Part shown: one piece after another, positions 16,561 to 24,000 of the stretch
How positions within the stretch are numbered: position 1 is the first letter of the stretch
How the letters are laid out: each line of letters opens with the position of its first letter
From: Wenzhouxiangella sp. 15190
Lineage (GTDB): Bacteria > Pseudomonadota > Gammaproteobacteria > Xanthomonadales > Wenzhouxiangellaceae
Direction of reading: 5' to 3'
Assembly: GCF_003417465.1 (NCBI RefSeq)
Contig: NZ_QVMV01000020.1
Coordinates: 24,098 to 48,097, forward strand
Length of the DNA stretch: 24,000 nt
Made by a program: the position numbers and the translations under genes
Notes under the pieces: model-generated
Told to the model about the DNA's origin: nothing
Seen by the model: only the letters and a program-made list of their open reading frames with translations
The model's database searches: none

Positions 16561-17026
16561 CGAGAGTATTGGCTGTTCTCGCAGCTATGTGAGCCCGAGC
16601 TTCCCCAAACGCCATTAAACCACTGCTGGCCCAGGTCTGCAGCATTCGGCCTTGGCGCCTCGGAAGATCCGAGCGCCGAGTGATAGCGGTTCTTGGTCCC
16701 TTGGGCGCGCCTGATTCACTGGCGGGCTAATGGACTACGTTTCGGAGCCCCTCAGGAGACCTCTCATTGGCTGCGGACAGTTAGCCTTGGGGTACGGTCA
16801 CTTGAACCAAGAATCCTCCCAAAGATGGACAGTATATTAGGCTGTCTTCAATTGACACGGGGCGCTTTGCTGCCGTATTATTTGATGCGAGGGGATAGGC
16901 TCAATTCCAACATCTTACCGTCTTCCAAGTAATTTCTTAATTTGCCGTTCCCAAGAATTGGATTAGTGACGAAATCGGCCGACGGCCGTCTCAATCGCTG
17001 AAGACAGTGCATAATCGAGTGGGGGT

Positions 17027-17827
17027 ATGCGCATGAAACGAACGATGTTTATGCTGAACTGCGCTGCACTGATTGCAGGGAGCTTTTCGTGCGCGATAGC
17101 AACAGGACAAACCGCATGGGTTGAGCGCGCCCACCTCGCATTCGCCACGGCCAAAAGCACGTCACTTGGCGCGCTCGGCAGACAGCAGATCTTCGTTAAA
17201 CACGATTCAGGTTCCATGCATATCGTCGACCTGGGCCTGTCGCAACGCATTCCCATATCAGCACTATCCATCGATGGAGATGATACTTATTTTTCCACTG
17301 CAGTGATGTGGCGAATGAATGATGCTCTGGTCACCCCTAGGGACATTGTAAAGCTTGCAGCTGACGGTAGCCGAGAAGTATTTTTGCATGGCGAAAATAT
17401 CGGTCTTGATGAAAAAGCGCGCATCTCTGGGCTGTCTGTTGATAACGGAGAAATTCTGATTGCGCTGGATATGCACGCGGAAATCGCAGGGGTAAAGGTC
17501 AAGCATTCGGATATTCTAGAAGTGGATTCAGGGGTAGTATCTGTCCTTCACTCACTCAGCGAGCATGGGCTTCCGGATGCAATGCGAGTTGCAGCAGTAG
17601 ATCGCACAGAGACGGGAACTATTTATCTAACTTTTTCATCCGGAGGCGTTGTTGATGGCATTTCTGCCATGCCTGGTGATGTAATCGAGTTCATTCCAAA
17701 CAGCGACTCATGGAGCACGGCCATTAGGCGCGACCAACTAGGACTTGAATGCAATCCATGTGATGTAAATGCACTTGCACTTGAAACGTCGATGGATACG
17801 ATTTTTAAAGACTACTTTCGCAACTGA
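17027..17827 (+). CDS. Secreted hypothetical protein
   Basis: N-terminal signal-peptide-like segment KRTMFMLNCAALIAGSFSCAIATGQ. It lies 15 nt upstream of the next gene on the same strand. Confidence 0.6.
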   Translation: MRMKRTMFMLNCAALIAGSFSCAIATGQTAWVERAHLAFATAKSTSLGALGRQQIFVKHDSGSMHIVDLGLSQRIPISALSIDGDDTYFSTAVMWRMNDALVTPRDIVKLAADGSREVFLHGENIGLDEKARISGLSVDNGEILIALDMHAEIAGVKVKHSDILEVDSGVVSVLHSLSEHGLPDAMRVAAVDRTETGTIYLTFSSGGVVDGISAMPGDVIEFIPNSDSWSTAIRRDQLGLECNPCDVNALALETSMDTIFKDYFRN

Positions 17828-17842
17828 CTGTCGAGGTGTGAA

Positions 17843-18799
17843 ATGCAATACCAAAGATCCATACTAGTACTAATCCTGATTTTGATCGTACCAATGGCGT
17901 CAGTGGCGGATAGTGGAAGCTATGAGATCAATCAGGCGTGCGTGGAAGACGGATGTTTTGAAGGAGACAGTTCGGGGTTTCCCATTGAAATTTCATCATC
18001 AGGTAATTATTCCCTGACTAGCAGCATCAACGTTGCTGACACTGATACCCATGCAATCCACATTTTAGTAGACAATGTCCGACTGGATTTGGGAGGTAAT
18101 ACGATTCAGGGGCCAAATGTGTGTGATATGGAAACCGAAACATGCAGTCCGGGTGGCGGGGGTCGCGGGATCAAGCTTGCGGACTTTGCAGATCGAAAGG
18201 GGATTCATATCGCCAACGGACAGATCGATGGGTTCGGCAACTATTGCATGAGTGTTGGATTCGCGGGATATGGGGCCGATCTAACGCTTTCAAATTGTTT
18301 TGCCGGTACGGGTGCTGGTCGAGGTGCGGTACTAGAAAGAGTAAGAAGCTATAACAATCGCTATGGGATCGATATAACTGGTGAAGCAATATTGAGACAC
18401 TCAACGTCTGTGGATAATATAGTTAATGGCGTTCAAGTCAATACGGATGATCGCCGGGTGATTATGGAGCGTAACCAGATTCATGACAACGGTTCCAGTG
18501 GCATCCATGCCAATGGGCCATTGCTTGCAAAGGACAATTTCATTTCCGACAACTCCATTGGTATCCGATTAGGTGGCGATGCTGCTGGCAGCAGCCTGGA
18601 AGGCAATGTGATCCGGAAAAATAGCAGTCAAGGTATTTATATTTCGAATCTAAATGGGTCTGCTGGAGTGGCTATTTCGAGTAATGCATTGAGCGGGAAC
18701 GGATCTTCGGATACCTCGCCTCAAATATCTGGACCTGACTCCACACGAGTCATAGAATTGACACCTAACATGTGCAATAACTCGACCACATGTTTGTAG
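17843..18799 (+). CDS. Secreted right-handed parallel beta-helix repeat protein
   Basis: Signal peptide (ILVLILILIVPMASVADS). Repeated units of about 22 aa carry N/G-rich turns (IHDNGSSGIHANG, ISDNSIGIRLGG, IRKNSSQGIYISN, LSGNGSS), typical of PbH1/NosD-like beta-helices. A GAGGTG SD is present. Confidence 0.7.
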   Translation: MQYQRSILVLILILIVPMASVADSGSYEINQACVEDGCFEGDSSGFPIEISSSGNYSLTSSINVADTDTHAIHILVDNVRLDLGGNTIQGPNVCDMETETCSPGGGGRGIKLADFADRKGIHIANGQIDGFGNYCMSVGFAGYGADLTLSNCFAGTGAGRGAVLERVRSYNNRYGIDITGEAILRHSTSVDNIVNGVQVNTDDRRVIMERNQIHDNGSSGIHANGPLLAKDNFISDNSIGIRLGGDAAGSSLEGNVIRKNSSQGIYISNLNGSAGVAISSNALSGNGSSDTSPQISGPDSTRVIELTPNMCNNSTTCL

Positions 18800-18918
18800 C
18801 GTGCTTGGCTTTAGTGGCTCCAAGTCGGTTGTTCAGATTACTCGTTATATATATCAAGACAGATGCTTAGAGTAATGCTATACGATTAGCATTTTGAGAC
18901 TCACCAATTGGATGATCT

Positions 18919-19116
18919 ATGCAACTATCAGAAGCCTTGTTCCATAATATTCAAAAGCTTAGTGATCAAGCAGCTGAACTTCGAGAACGAGAAGAAGAGA
19001 TTAGAAAAAGTGGGAGCAACGCTCAAACGACGATTGATCTACTTGTGAGCACGTGTGAAGAAATCGGTCGTTTAAATGACGCGCTAAAAAGGGAACTTGA
19101 TGGTCTTCGAGCGTGA
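18919..19116 (+). CDS. Small coiled-coil-like hypothetical protein (65 aa)
   Basis: The ORF has a charged heptad-like composition. The SD is weak and no homolog was recognised. Confidence 0.3.
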   Translation: MQLSEALFHNIQKLSDQAAELREREEEIRKSGSNAQTTIDLLVSTCEEIGRLNDALKRELDGLRA

Positions 19117-19446
19117 TAGGCCAAGACACCCTGCGTACAGGTTGAGTAACAGAAATATATAGGATATCGTGAAATCACTCGCCCACGATGTACAAGTGTA
19201 CAAGTTGGGTAATTACCCGACGGTCGGGGTCTCTGAGAGCTCTGATTGCGCCGCCTCTGCAACCTCGGGTGTGGGCTCCTTCGGAACGATCGGCGGCAAC
19301 TTAGTTCGGTCCACTACATCACGCAGTGCTTGAGCCGGCGTTCGATCTTTCAGGCGATATTCCTGATGCGCCCGCAGGCTTCTCCGCTAACGACATTTCG
19401 AGAAAGTGCAGATGTCTGTGACATCTTGGATGCCTATCTAGATGGG

Positions 19447-20751
19447 TTAAGATTTAGTTTTGTGTTCGCTATAGCTCGTCATCAGGTTGCGGAGTGTCGT
19501 TAGTGCTGAGAGCTTTTCCGCGTAGTAGTCGTGGCGGTTATAGTGGCGCCATTGAACACCTGAGAGACCATGGCTCTGAAGCTGGGCGAGCGTGTCGGAG
19601 TGCAGTCCCGCGGCTGCGAGCCGAGTTTCCACGGTTCGGCGCAAATCCCCCAGGGAAAACGGGGCCGCCAGTTCTCCTTCGGTTAGCATCCGCGCAGATA
19701 ATTTCCTAATTAGCTTTCCGACCCGACTTGGGTCGGCCGGGCTCTCCCCGTGAGTAAACGTAAACAGGTACGGTCCCATGTTCGCGCCGCGCATTTCGTC
19801 GATCGCCATTTGCGCCTCGAGCAGAACTGGGACCATGTGCCGTCGGGGCTGTTGTCGCTTTCCTTTCCGGTCCCACAGAGTCAACTGGCCGTCGGCTATG
19901 TCGTCGATCGTCGCCCGGCGAAGTTGCGCCAATCTCTGCCCTCCTAGGAGCAAGTGGGCCCGTAGTAGCGGCCCAGCGGGTTCGTCCGGCAAGCTGATTC
20001 GTCGCCACAGCGCCTGTAGCTCGCCCAGGCTCAGGTGGCGCTCACGTGGTTTGCTCGCTCCCTCGATGGTTGCAACGTCGGCTGCCGGATTGTGGTCGAT
20101 GCCAAACTGGCGGTATCCGCTGGCTTGGGCGCTGGTCCGTGAGCGGAGGGCCAGTGCGTAGGCTCGACGAATATAGGCTCTCACCTTTCGAGCAGTCGTC
20201 AGCTTTCCCGATGTGGTCAGCGGCTCCAGGATTTCCAGACAGTCATCGAGAGACAGTTCGGCGGCGGGTTTCTGCCAGATCGCGATGTGGGGAGCAATGT
20301 GGTTTTCCACTGTGTTTTCTACATCGTCAGCACTGGCCTTGCCGGCTGACTGCAGCTCTCTGACGTAAGTTTCCATCAGAGCGCCGAAGGTTCTGGCTCG
20401 GGAGTCTTCGTCTGGCTCAGAGTTGTTGCGCCGAGCTGCCTCCTGGCGCTCTCTCTCCAGTACTTCGGCAAGATCCTTGCCTTCGGCGTGCAACTCGAGA
20501 TAGCGGGACGAGAGCTGACGTGCGACTTTCCGGGCCTCGGCCAGGCTCAACGGGAGGCCCTCCGAGTCGTACATTGGAAGTGGAATTCTCCGCTGGGGTG
20601 TTCCATAGCGGTAGTAGAAGCGTGGCCCCTTCTTTGTGCCCCTGGCTTGAAGTGCGCCCGCGCCGTAGCCCAATGGCTCGTTGAGTGCCCGGCCTGGCTT
20701 CAGGCTCTCCAGCTGGCGAACGGTAATGGTGGTAGCTTGTCTTCTGGGCAT
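19447..20751 (-). CDS. P4-type tyrosine integrase
   Basis: The N-terminal arm-binding-like region is TVRQLESLKPG...RFYYRY. The core has LLLGGQRLAQLRR (Arg box), GDLRRTVETRL (xxxR box) and SHGLSGVQWRHYNRHDYYAEK (His...Tyr). It is adjacent to the tRNA remnant. Confidence 0.9.
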   Translation of the reverse strand: MPRRQATTITVRQLESLKPGRALNEPLGYGAGALQARGTKKGPRFYYRYGTPQRRIPLPMYDSEGLPLSLAEARKVARQLSSRYLELHAEGKDLAEVLERERQEAARRNNSEPDEDSRARTFGALMETYVRELQSAGKASADDVENTVENHIAPHIAIWQKPAAELSLDDCLEILEPLTTSGKLTTARKVRAYIRRAYALALRSRTSAQASGYRQFGIDHNPAADVATIEGASKPRERHLSLGELQALWRRISLPDEPAGPLLRAHLLLGGQRLAQLRRATIDDIADGQLTLWDRKGKRQQPRRHMVPVLLEAQMAIDEMRGANMGPYLFTFTHGESPADPSRVGKLIRKLSARMLTEGELAAPFSLGDLRRTVETRLAAAGLHSDTLAQLQSHGLSGVQWRHYNRHDYYAEKLSALTTLRNLMTSYSEHKTKS

Positions 20752-20765
20752 GGCGTTGGGCAGAC

Positions 20766-20836
20766 GGTCTACTTTGGTCTAATTCTGGTCTACTTTGCGC
20801 CGGCTTGCAATGGTCCTTGGTAGACCTTGTTAGACT
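20766..20836. promoter_or_regulatory. Five phased GGTCTA(C/A) repeats between the integrase start and the att/tRNA remnant (putative arm-type or operator sites)
   Basis: Direct copies begin at 20766, 20776 and 20787 (GGTCTAC, GGTCTAA, GGTCTAC). Inverted copies are GTAGACC at 20820-20826 and TTAGAC at 20830-20835. Spacings are 10-11 bp. The first copy lies 15 bp upstream of the int ATG. Confidence 0.5.
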
Positions 20837-20911
20837 GCTTACGCAGCATAATCAGTGAGATGCGAAAAAAGATAGATTTCTTCGGATTGTGCTGGACACT
20901 GCTGAACGGGA

Positions 20912-20956
20912 TTTGTAATCAGAGGGTCGGGGGTTCGACTCCCTCAGCCGGCACCA
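20912..20956 (+). other. 3' portion of a tRNA-Thr(UGU) gene (anticodon loop to CCA), a putative att core / displaced tRNA end
   Basis: The elements in order are: loop TTTGTAA (anticodon TGT), stem strand TCAGA, variable GGGTC, T-arm GGGGG/TTCGACT/CCCTC, acceptor strand AGCCGGC, discriminator A, and CCA. The complementary 5' strands (TCTGA, GCCGGCT) and a D-arm are absent from the 35 nt upstream, so this is not an intact tRNA. Confidence 0.7.
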
Positions 20957-21029
20957 CCTCCCTTCCCCTGAAGCTTCCTTCACGGTCCAGGCGCTACGTT
21001 TCGCAGCACTCGTGGAACGGAGCATCGCA

Positions 21030-21581
21030 ATGAGACATTTATTCGGCACGATCGCGCTGCTGGCGCTGTCGGGTTGCGCCATGATGCGCGGCGGGCCGCC
21101 GCTGGAGACGGTCGAGCGGGTCGATCTCGAACGCTACATGGGCGAGTGGTACGTGATCGCCAATATTCCGTATTTCGGCGAGCGCGGCAATGTGGCCGGC
21201 CGGGCGATCTATCGCATGCGTGACGACGGTCGCATCGATGATATCTATCGGTACCGGGACGCCAGCTTTGATGCCCCTGTGGAAGAAATGACCGGTGTGG
21301 CCTGGGTGGTCGACACCGAGACCAACGCCGAGTGGAAAGTCCAGTTCTATTGGCCGATCCGCTTCGGTTATTACATCATCGCGCTCGACGACGATTATCA
21401 ATGGACCGTGGTGGGGCATCCTTCGCGGGAGTATGCCTGGATCATGGCGCGCGAGCGCGAGCTTTCCGATGAGCGCTACGCAGCTTTGCTCTGTATGCTC
21501 GAGGCGCGCGGATTCGATGCCTCCCTTCTCGAGAAGGTGCCGCAACGCCCGGAGCAGGTCGGAAAGCCGGGGTTCCAGTGA
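21030..21581 (+). CDS. blc: Outer-membrane lipocalin lipoprotein Blc
   Basis: Start at ATG 21030 (GGAG 7 nt upstream). Lipobox LALSGC. Lipocalin motifs YMGEWYVIANIPYFGE and YIIALDDDYQWTVVGHPSREYAWIMAR are co-linear with E. coli Blc as I recall it. Confidence 0.85.
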   Translation: MRHLFGTIALLALSGCAMMRGGPPLETVERVDLERYMGEWYVIANIPYFGERGNVAGRAIYRMRDDGRIDDIYRYRDASFDAPVEEMTGVAWVVDTETNAEWKVQFYWPIRFGYYIIALDDDYQWTVVGHPSREYAWIMARERELSDERYAALLCMLEARGFDASLLEKVPQRPEQVGKPGFQ

Positions 21582-21583
21582 TG

Positions 21584-23443
21584 TCAGGGCCTCCAGTCGG
21601 GATCGCGCCGGCGCCAGCGCTCGATGAAGCGTTCGGGAGCGAATGATGCCATGACTTCGGTATCGATGGCCGCCGGGTGGCCGGAGAGTCGGTCGGCGAT
21701 GAGGTCCGCGCACAGTGGTGTGTGGGTCAATCCCCGCGAGCCATGGGCGATGTTGAGCCAGATGCGTTCGTCGAGGGTGTACGGATTGCTCGACGGATCC
21801 GGGCAGGGGCCTACCAGGGGAAGCCAGTCACCTGATTGGCAGCGGAGACCGGCGTGATGACCGACCACTTCGATCGCGCTGCCGCCGAGATCCTCCCAAA
21901 GCGACGGAACATTGCGCTGCAGTTCGGACAGATTCCGCTCGTCGTCGATGGGGTCGATCACTGGAGACTGGCGCTGGCGATCAAAGGTGGCACCGACGCA
22001 ATGAACCCCGTCGAACGCCGGGGTGACGTAACCGGCGTGACAGTGCGCCTCGCGCCAGCGGCTGCTGGCTTCGGTCGCGCGACAGAAAGTGACCTGGCCG
22101 CGAACGAGGCGAAGCGGCAGCCAGCCCAGGCCGCTGAACCGGCTGGTGGCGCCGGCGGTACACAAGACGGCGGCGTCGGCCTCGAGCGTATCGCCTGATT
22201 CCAGTTCCAGTACGGCCGACTTCCCGCCGCTGATCGACCCGACCCGATCGGCCGTTGCCGTGATGTCGGGATGATCGAGCAGAAAGCGGCACCAGTGGCT
22301 CGGCCGCAGACAGCCAGCGCCCTCGATACGAACCCGATTGCCCCCTTCCGAAGACAGCAACTCCTGCGGCCAGGTGCCGGTGTCCATCGCCTGCCGTGTC
22401 TTCTCGGCCACTCGCCCATCGACTAGGTGTTGAATGACGCCGTCGAGGTGGCCCTCGGATGCGTTGCGCGGAAAACCCAGGTCTTCGAGCCAACGTTGTG
22501 CGTGAAGCAGGGCCCCGAGATAGAAACGGTTTTGCGCGTTGAGATGGTGACTGGCCGTGGCATAGAGCACGGCCGCCAGTTCGGGCGGCGCCGGCCGGGC
22601 CAGCATGGGGTCGACGACGTGGACGTGCCAGCCGCGTTCTGCCAGTGCCCTGGCCGTGGCGCAGCCGGCGAATCCCGCACCGACCACGACGGCCCTGCCT
22701 CGCTTGAGCCGTTGCGGTTTCCAGCGGCCGGGTATGCCGCCGGAAAGCCGATGGCGCTTGTCTCCGAATCCCTGGCGGCGCTCGACGGCAAATCCCGCGG
22801 CCGAGAGGCCGCGCCGAACCGCACCGGCGGCGGTGAATGTCGCAACGCTCGTTCCGGGTCGGGAACGGGCGGCCATTGTTTCGAACAAACCGTTGGTCCA
22901 GAGGTCCGGGTTGCGCGACGGTGCGAAGCCGTCGAGGAACCAGGCGTCGACCCCGTGGGGTCCGGCATGCCACAGTGTTGCCGCGTCGCCGAACATCAGC
23001 GTGAACTCGATGCGATCGCTCAGGCGGATGCGATGGAAGCCCGGCGCGGGCAGGGGCCAGGCTTCGAGCAGGCGACGCCCGTATGGCTCCAGTTCGGGCC
23101 AGTGCGACAGCCCCCGGGCGAGGTCTTCCCTCGGAAGCGGGTGCAGCTCGGCCGAATAAAAATGCAGATGCGCGGTCGCCGGGGCATGACGCGCAAAACA
23201 CTCGGCCGTCAGAAGCGCGTTCAGCCCCGTGCCGAATCCGGTCTCCCCGACCACGAACACACCGTCGCCGGGCAGGGCGACGAAGCGGCGGGCAAGGTCG
23301 CTGGCCTCGATGAAAACGGCGCGACTTTCGGCCATGCCATGGCCGGGCATGAAGTAGCTGTCACCATACGGCGATGCATGGGGCGTATCGCCTTGCCAGT
23401 CGATCTGCGCCGGCTCGATCGCCGATAGGGTGAAGTCGCTCAT
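21584..23443 (-). CDS. mnmC: Bifunctional tRNA (mnm5s2U34) methyltransferase / FAD-dependent cmnm5s2U34 oxidoreductase MnmC
   Basis: The N-terminal methyltransferase domain has GETGFGTGLN and DAWFLDGFAPSRNPDLW. The C-terminal FAD domain has VVVGAGFAGCATA. At 619 aa it is co-linear with E. coli MnmC. Confidence 0.9.
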   Translation of the reverse strand: MSDFTLSAIEPAQIDWQGDTPHASPYGDSYFMPGHGMAESRAVFIEASDLARRFVALPGDGVFVVGETGFGTGLNALLTAECFARHAPATAHLHFYSAELHPLPREDLARGLSHWPELEPYGRRLLEAWPLPAPGFHRIRLSDRIEFTLMFGDAATLWHAGPHGVDAWFLDGFAPSRNPDLWTNGLFETMAARSRPGTSVATFTAAGAVRRGLSAAGFAVERRQGFGDKRHRLSGGIPGRWKPQRLKRGRAVVVGAGFAGCATARALAERGWHVHVVDPMLARPAPPELAAVLYATASHHLNAQNRFYLGALLHAQRWLEDLGFPRNASEGHLDGVIQHLVDGRVAEKTRQAMDTGTWPQELLSSEGGNRVRIEGAGCLRPSHWCRFLLDHPDITATADRVGSISGGKSAVLELESGDTLEADAAVLCTAGATSRFSGLGWLPLRLVRGQVTFCRATEASSRWREAHCHAGYVTPAFDGVHCVGATFDRQRQSPVIDPIDDERNLSELQRNVPSLWEDLGGSAIEVVGHHAGLRCQSGDWLPLVGPCPDPSSNPYTLDERIWLNIAHGSRGLTHTPLCADLIADRLSGHPAAIDTEVMASFAPERFIERWRRRDPDWRP

Positions 23444-23573
23444 GCGCCCCTGGGTGGAAAAGCCGCCATTCTATACACGGGTTCACCGTGAACCAAAAAT
23501 GTTATATCATACGCTTTTCAGGCAATCCTCGACCGTGACCATGGCCGCAGTTTTCAAATCCCCGGAGCGGAGT

Positions 23574-23966
23574 ATGGCAGCCAGCCTGCTGGATCGGGCC
23601 GGTATCTGCGTGTCCGTGCTGTGCTTGCTGCAATGCCTGGCCCTGAGTCTGGTGATCGTGCTTGCTCCCGTGGTTTCGTTGGGTATCTTTGGCAGCGACC
23701 TGTTCCATCGACTTCTGCTCTCGGTCATCCTGCCGATCGGTGTGGCCGCCTTCTGGCTGGGCTATCGCCGTCACGGCAGCCTGGGTCTGCTGCTGACCGG
23801 CCTGGCCGGGCTCGCCCTGGTGCTGGCAGCCGCCGTACTCGAGGCGACGGTGCTCTCGCCGCTGGCTGCATCGGCGGTAACCTCGGTGGGCGGGGTGACC
23901 CTGGTCGTCGGGCACTGGCTCAATCTGCGGCGTGGACGCGGGGTCTGTCTACAGCCTGCCCCGTAA
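23574..23966 (+). CDS. MerC-like small integral membrane protein
   Basis: There are four hydrophobic segments. The N-terminus, DRAGICVSVLCLLQC, resembles the MerC-family Cys-containing first helix. I chose the start at ATG 23574, after GGAGCGGAG. The ORF-track start 23430 would overlap mnmC. Confidence 0.55.
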   Translation: MAASLLDRAGICVSVLCLLQCLALSLVIVLAPVVSLGIFGSDLFHRLLLSVILPIGVAAFWLGYRRHGSLGLLLTGLAGLALVLAAAVLEATVLSPLAASAVTSVGGVTLVVGHWLNLRRGRGVCLQPAP

Positions 23967-24000
23967 CTGGTTCGCGCGGCTCGGCAGGCCGCGGATTTGC

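Larger units (their letters stand above)
1..20956. mobile_element. Right-hand portion of a tRNA-associated genomic (defence) island. It extends beyond the left window edge.
   Basis: A P4-type integrase (19447-20751) lies next to a 3' tRNA-Thr remnant (20912-20956). Base composition changes sharply to very GC-rich housekeeping genes (blc, mnmC) immediately to the right. The island carries BREX genes, a second recombinase, and lower-GC cargo blocks. Confidence 0.6.

Noticed and set aside
19189-19218. Tandem TGTACAAG x2 (19189-19204) followed by the 12-bp palindrome GGGTAATTACCC (19207-19218)
   Set aside because: The repeats are real but short. They lie in the same interval as the possible gene-remnant stop codon, and their significance (operator or block boundary) cannot be argued from sequence alone.
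19213-19386. A 57-codon stop-to-stop frame on the minus strand downstream of the integrase with a protein-like translation (...HQEYRLKDRTPAQALRDVVDRTKLPPIVPKEPTPEVAEAAQSELSETPTVG)
   Set aside because: It has no ATG and no SD, and only an internal GTG would give a 33-aa product. It could be a 3' gene remnant (pseudogene) at a block boundary, but that cannot be supported without a database search.
20799-20956. Possible intact tRNA with an insertion, or a tmRNA. GCCGGCTT (20799) plus TTGGTAGA (20817) resemble a tRNA-Thr 5' acceptor strand and D-loop, about 85 nt before the 3' half.
   Set aside because: No D-stem or 5' anticodon-stem strand can be paired, and 85 nt is too short for a group I intron. 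The acceptor lacks the G3:U70 pair needed for tmRNA, and there is no room for a tag ORF or a permuted coding piece. The GGTAGACC segment is better explained as an inverted GGTCTAC repeat. The resemblance may be chance or a decayed fragment.
21039-23428. Large antisense or alternative-frame ORFs inside blc and mnmC (224 aa, 406 aa, 333 aa, 181-184 aa, and others)
   Set aside because: These are shadow ORFs typical of very GC-rich coding DNA. Their translations are Arg/Pro/Gly-rich, while the blc and mnmC frames have clear family motifs.
1-24000. CRISPR arrays, rRNA genes, IS transposases and a toxin-antitoxin pair with a recognisable antitoxin
   Set aside because: I found no regularly spaced direct repeats of CRISPR type, no rRNA-like segments, and no DDE or serine transposase motifs in any listed ORF. 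The only repeats found are those reported above.

Overview
This window holds about 21 kb of a mosaic, integrase-bearing genomic island followed by about 3 kb of very GC-rich core chromosome. The host is probably a proteobacterium, but the taxon cannot be fixed from this window alone. The contents from left to right are as follows. (1) The 3' end of a type 1 BREX locus (pglZ, brxL), followed by an unannotated RecB/Cas4-like PD-(D/E)xK gene and a small hypothetical gene. (2) A minus-strand tyrosine-recombinase gene pair. (3) About 1.1 kb of non-coding DNA packed with long hairpins, palindromes and 10-bp-phased short repeats. (4) Two lower-GC cargo segments, each preceded by a diverged copy (about 80% identity) of the same roughly 0.5 kb module encoding a 96-aa protein. 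Cargo 1 (9.3-15.6 kb) carries a Zn-ribbon/DUF4145 protein, a small acidic protein, and an 833-aa Rad50/SbcC-like ABC ATPase with a central CPVC zinc hook and a C-terminal Zn ribbon. It also carries a basic C2H2-like zinc-finger protein, a lipoprotein, and a minus-strand protein with a HEPN-type RNxxxH motif. I consider this cargo the best candidate for an uncharacterised defence system. Cargo 2 (16.5-19.1 kb) encodes two secreted proteins, one of them a right-handed beta-helix. (5) A P4-type tyrosine integrase, phased GGTCTA repeats, and a 45-nt 3' remnant of tRNA-Thr(UGU) that marks the island/core junction near 20956. (6) The core genes blc, mnmC and a MerC-like membrane protein. I found no CRISPR array, rRNA, complete tRNA or IS transposase.
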